A stretch of 64,000 nucleotides of DNA from an uncultured Selenomonadales bacterium (GTDB lineage Bacteria; Bacillota; Negativicutes; Selenomonadales; Selenomonadaceae): contig CALFJE010000093.1 in NCBI GenBank assembly GCA_937877545.1, forward strand, positions 27,519 through 91,518, read 5' to 3'. Position 1 is the stretch's first letter; each line of letters begins with the position of its first letter. Shown here in pieces: positions 62,690 through 64,000 of the stretch. The notes below the pieces were generated by a model, which was given only the letters and a program-made list of their open reading frames with translations, was not told the DNA's origin and searched no databases. The position numbers were made by a program, and so were the translations under genes.

Positions 62690-63385
62690 TCATGGATTAT
62701 TCCTCATCGGACAATCGAGCTTGCCGCAAGCCGCGCAGTCTTTCTTATGTGTCGAAGATTTCTTGGCAAGCCCTATAATCGCGGTGACGGACTTGCGCGG
62801 CTCCAACATCATCGCCGAGGTTAAAGTCATGTCGATTTGCTTTGCGCCCGCGATTGTAAAAAGTTTTTCCTGCGCTGTCAAATTCCAATCGCCGTAGCCG
62901 GGGCTGAATCGCCAACGCAATTTGAATCCGTCTTTGGCGAAGGTCGCCGCGAAATGTTTTTCCATAGCGTCCGCCGCCTGTTCGACTGCCGCAGTCGCCG
63001 CCGCGTCCAAAAGCACCGAAGCCAAATATTCTCCGCGCTCGAACTTGCGGGTAATTTCGCGCTCAAGCTCCAAGCCGACGGTCGCCGCCATGCAGATAAC
63101 CCGCCGGCAACCATCCAGGTGTTTGACAATCGACTTGCCCTCAAGCTCAAAGGGCGGCTCGCTCAAGACGGTATGCCTCGCGCTGTCGTAGTCGTAAACC
63201 TCCCACGCGCCGCGAACCTCCATAAGCAACAGAGCCTCCGCGCAGGCGTCGCGGATATTTTGCTCGCCGAAGCCTTGAGCCTTCCGCAAGCCCGCATATC
63301 GACGAGTTTCCGCCGCGTCTACCTCCAAAATCTGTGCGTTGTATATCGGCACTTTGCCAGCCTCCTCTTCCACAATCCTCAACAT
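62690..63385 (-). CDS. Stand-alone MetH activation-domain-like protein (vitamin B12-dependent methionine synthase activation region family)
   Basis: 231 aa. ..RWRFSPGYGDW.L..Q..LF....A...I...LT...M..P.KS pattern. C-terminal CAACGKLDCP cysteines. Confidence 0.65.
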   Translation of the reverse strand: MLRIVEEEAGKVPIYNAQILEVDAAETRRYAGLRKAQGFGEQNIRDACAEALLLMEVRGAWEVYDYDSARHTVLSEPPFELEGKSIVKHLDGCRRVICMAATVGLELEREITRKFERGEYLASVLLDAAATAAVEQAADAMEKHFAATFAKDGFKLRWRFSPGYGDWNLTAQEKLFTIAGAKQIDMTLTSAMMLEPRKSVTAIIGLAKKSSTHKKDCAACGKLDCPMRNNP

Positions 63386-63512
63386 TACAGCCGCATTAAA
63401 ATTTGTAATTTTTTACTTAAGAATTTCATTCTGCTTATAGACAAGCCAAAAAAAATCGATTAAAATAGCGAGGCGAAAAATTTTTCAGCAACCTTTCAGG
63501 GAGGAATGTTTC

Positions 63513-63761
63513 ATGAAGAATAAAATCACAGTCAACAAGATGAACGAGAAGCTCCATTTCTACCTAATCTCAAACGGCAAGCGTTATTATCTGTTCACTC
63601 AAGATTTCTCGAAAGGCGTCTATCAATTTTTCAAGAGCGGGCGATCCGAGTCCGAACTGCACAAGTACAACTTATGGCGTAAAAATCCCCGTCTGGACAA
63701 GACTATCGAGAAACTGCCGCTGTATGTGCGCTACGTCCTGAAGGAGGAAAGTGCCGCCTAA
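63513..63761 (+). CDS. Hypothetical 82-aa basic protein
   Basis: GGGAGG RBS. No recognisable motif. More AT-rich than its surroundings by eye. Confidence 0.5.
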   Translation: MKNKITVNKMNEKLHFYLISNGKRYYLFTQDFSKGVYQFFKSGRSESELHKYNLWRKNPRLDKTIEKLPLYVRYVLKEESAA

Positions 63762-63784
63762 AAATCAATCAGAGTAAAAATTAT

Positions 63785-63814
63785 CTCCCGTCGGAAGTTC
63801 GGCGGGAGTTTTTT
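63785..63814. terminator. Bidirectional terminator between convergent genes
   Basis: CTCCCGTCG-gaagtt-CGGCGGGAG followed by T6, with A5 upstream. The core is near-identical to the hairpin at 18978. Confidence 0.8.
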
Positions 63815-63829
63815 ATTTTGTTTTCAGAA

Positions 63830-64000
63830 TTACCACGGTTGCGGGGTCATGGGGGTGACGACGCCGAATTTGTATCCCCAATCGCGCAGGAAGTGAATCA
63901 GCTCCGGCAAGGCTTTAACGGTCTCCTGCTTATCGGCGGTGGAGTGCATGAGGATAATCACCGAACGCGGCGGATTGTCGCCCAGATATTTCAAGACGTT
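63830..64000 (-). CDS. C-terminal fragment of a polysaccharide deacetylase (NodB-type) protein; 5' part lies outside the window
   Basis: My reverse translation: ..NVLKYLGDNPPRSVIILMHSTADKQETVKALPELIHFLRDWGYKFGVVTPMTPQPW*. Confidence 0.6.
   Translation of the reverse strand, partial: NVLKYLGDNPPRSVIILMHSTADKQETVKALPELIHFLRDWGYKFGVVTPMTPQPW

Overview
64-kb chromosomal segment from a bacterium of roughly mid-50s %GC (estimated by eye). Gene organisation is Bacillota-like: extended -10 promoters, zinc-type S14, and BofA-like and SpoIIE-type genes. An RND pump is also present. Layout, left to right:
- 1-6.5 kb, minus strand: a polysaccharide/lipid cluster (GT2 glycosyltransferase with an 11-residue-repeat tail, FabH-like KAS III, rfbD), then leuS and a BofA-like gene.
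- 6.5-19.6 kb, plus strand: a LigB/Memo-like-AMMECR1 fusion and uvrB. One minus-strand hypothetical gene (9975-10859) follows. Then a PAS hybrid histidine kinase with a sigma-less partner-switching set (STAS, RsbW-like, two tandem Cache-HAMP-PP2C phosphatases), a frameshifted RTX-like pseudogene and a Tat-signal amidase.
- 19.6-22.8 kb, minus strand: folP-folB-(folK-folA fusion)-ung-membrane protein operon.
- 23-30.8 kb: an RND adaptor and pump split by two paralogous DAACS transporters, each with a degenerate GHKL (RsbW-like) N-domain.
- 30.9-33.3 kb: an unassignable XRE-controlled cassette of a zinc ribbon and four coiled-coil proteins, followed by recA.
- 34.5-57 kb, minus strand: the str/S10/spc/alpha ribosomal cluster (rpsL to rplQ) with four enzyme genes inserted.
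- 57-64 kb: aspS, an orphan HsdS-like gene, rpsO, queC, a thioredoxin-like gene, map, a MetH-activation-like protein, a small hypothetical ORF (63513-63761) and a partial polysaccharide deacetylase at the window edge.

I saw no rRNA genes, tRNA genes, CRISPR arrays, transposases or integrases.

Signals not explained by the gene list:
- The word (A)ATCTGCGCGG is extremely over-represented, in several reading frames and both orientations.
- A family of phased heptanucleotide tandem repeats sits at operon junctions.
- 100%-identity patches between the tandem paralogs look like gene conversion.

All coordinates, counts and alignments were made by eye and need computational confirmation.
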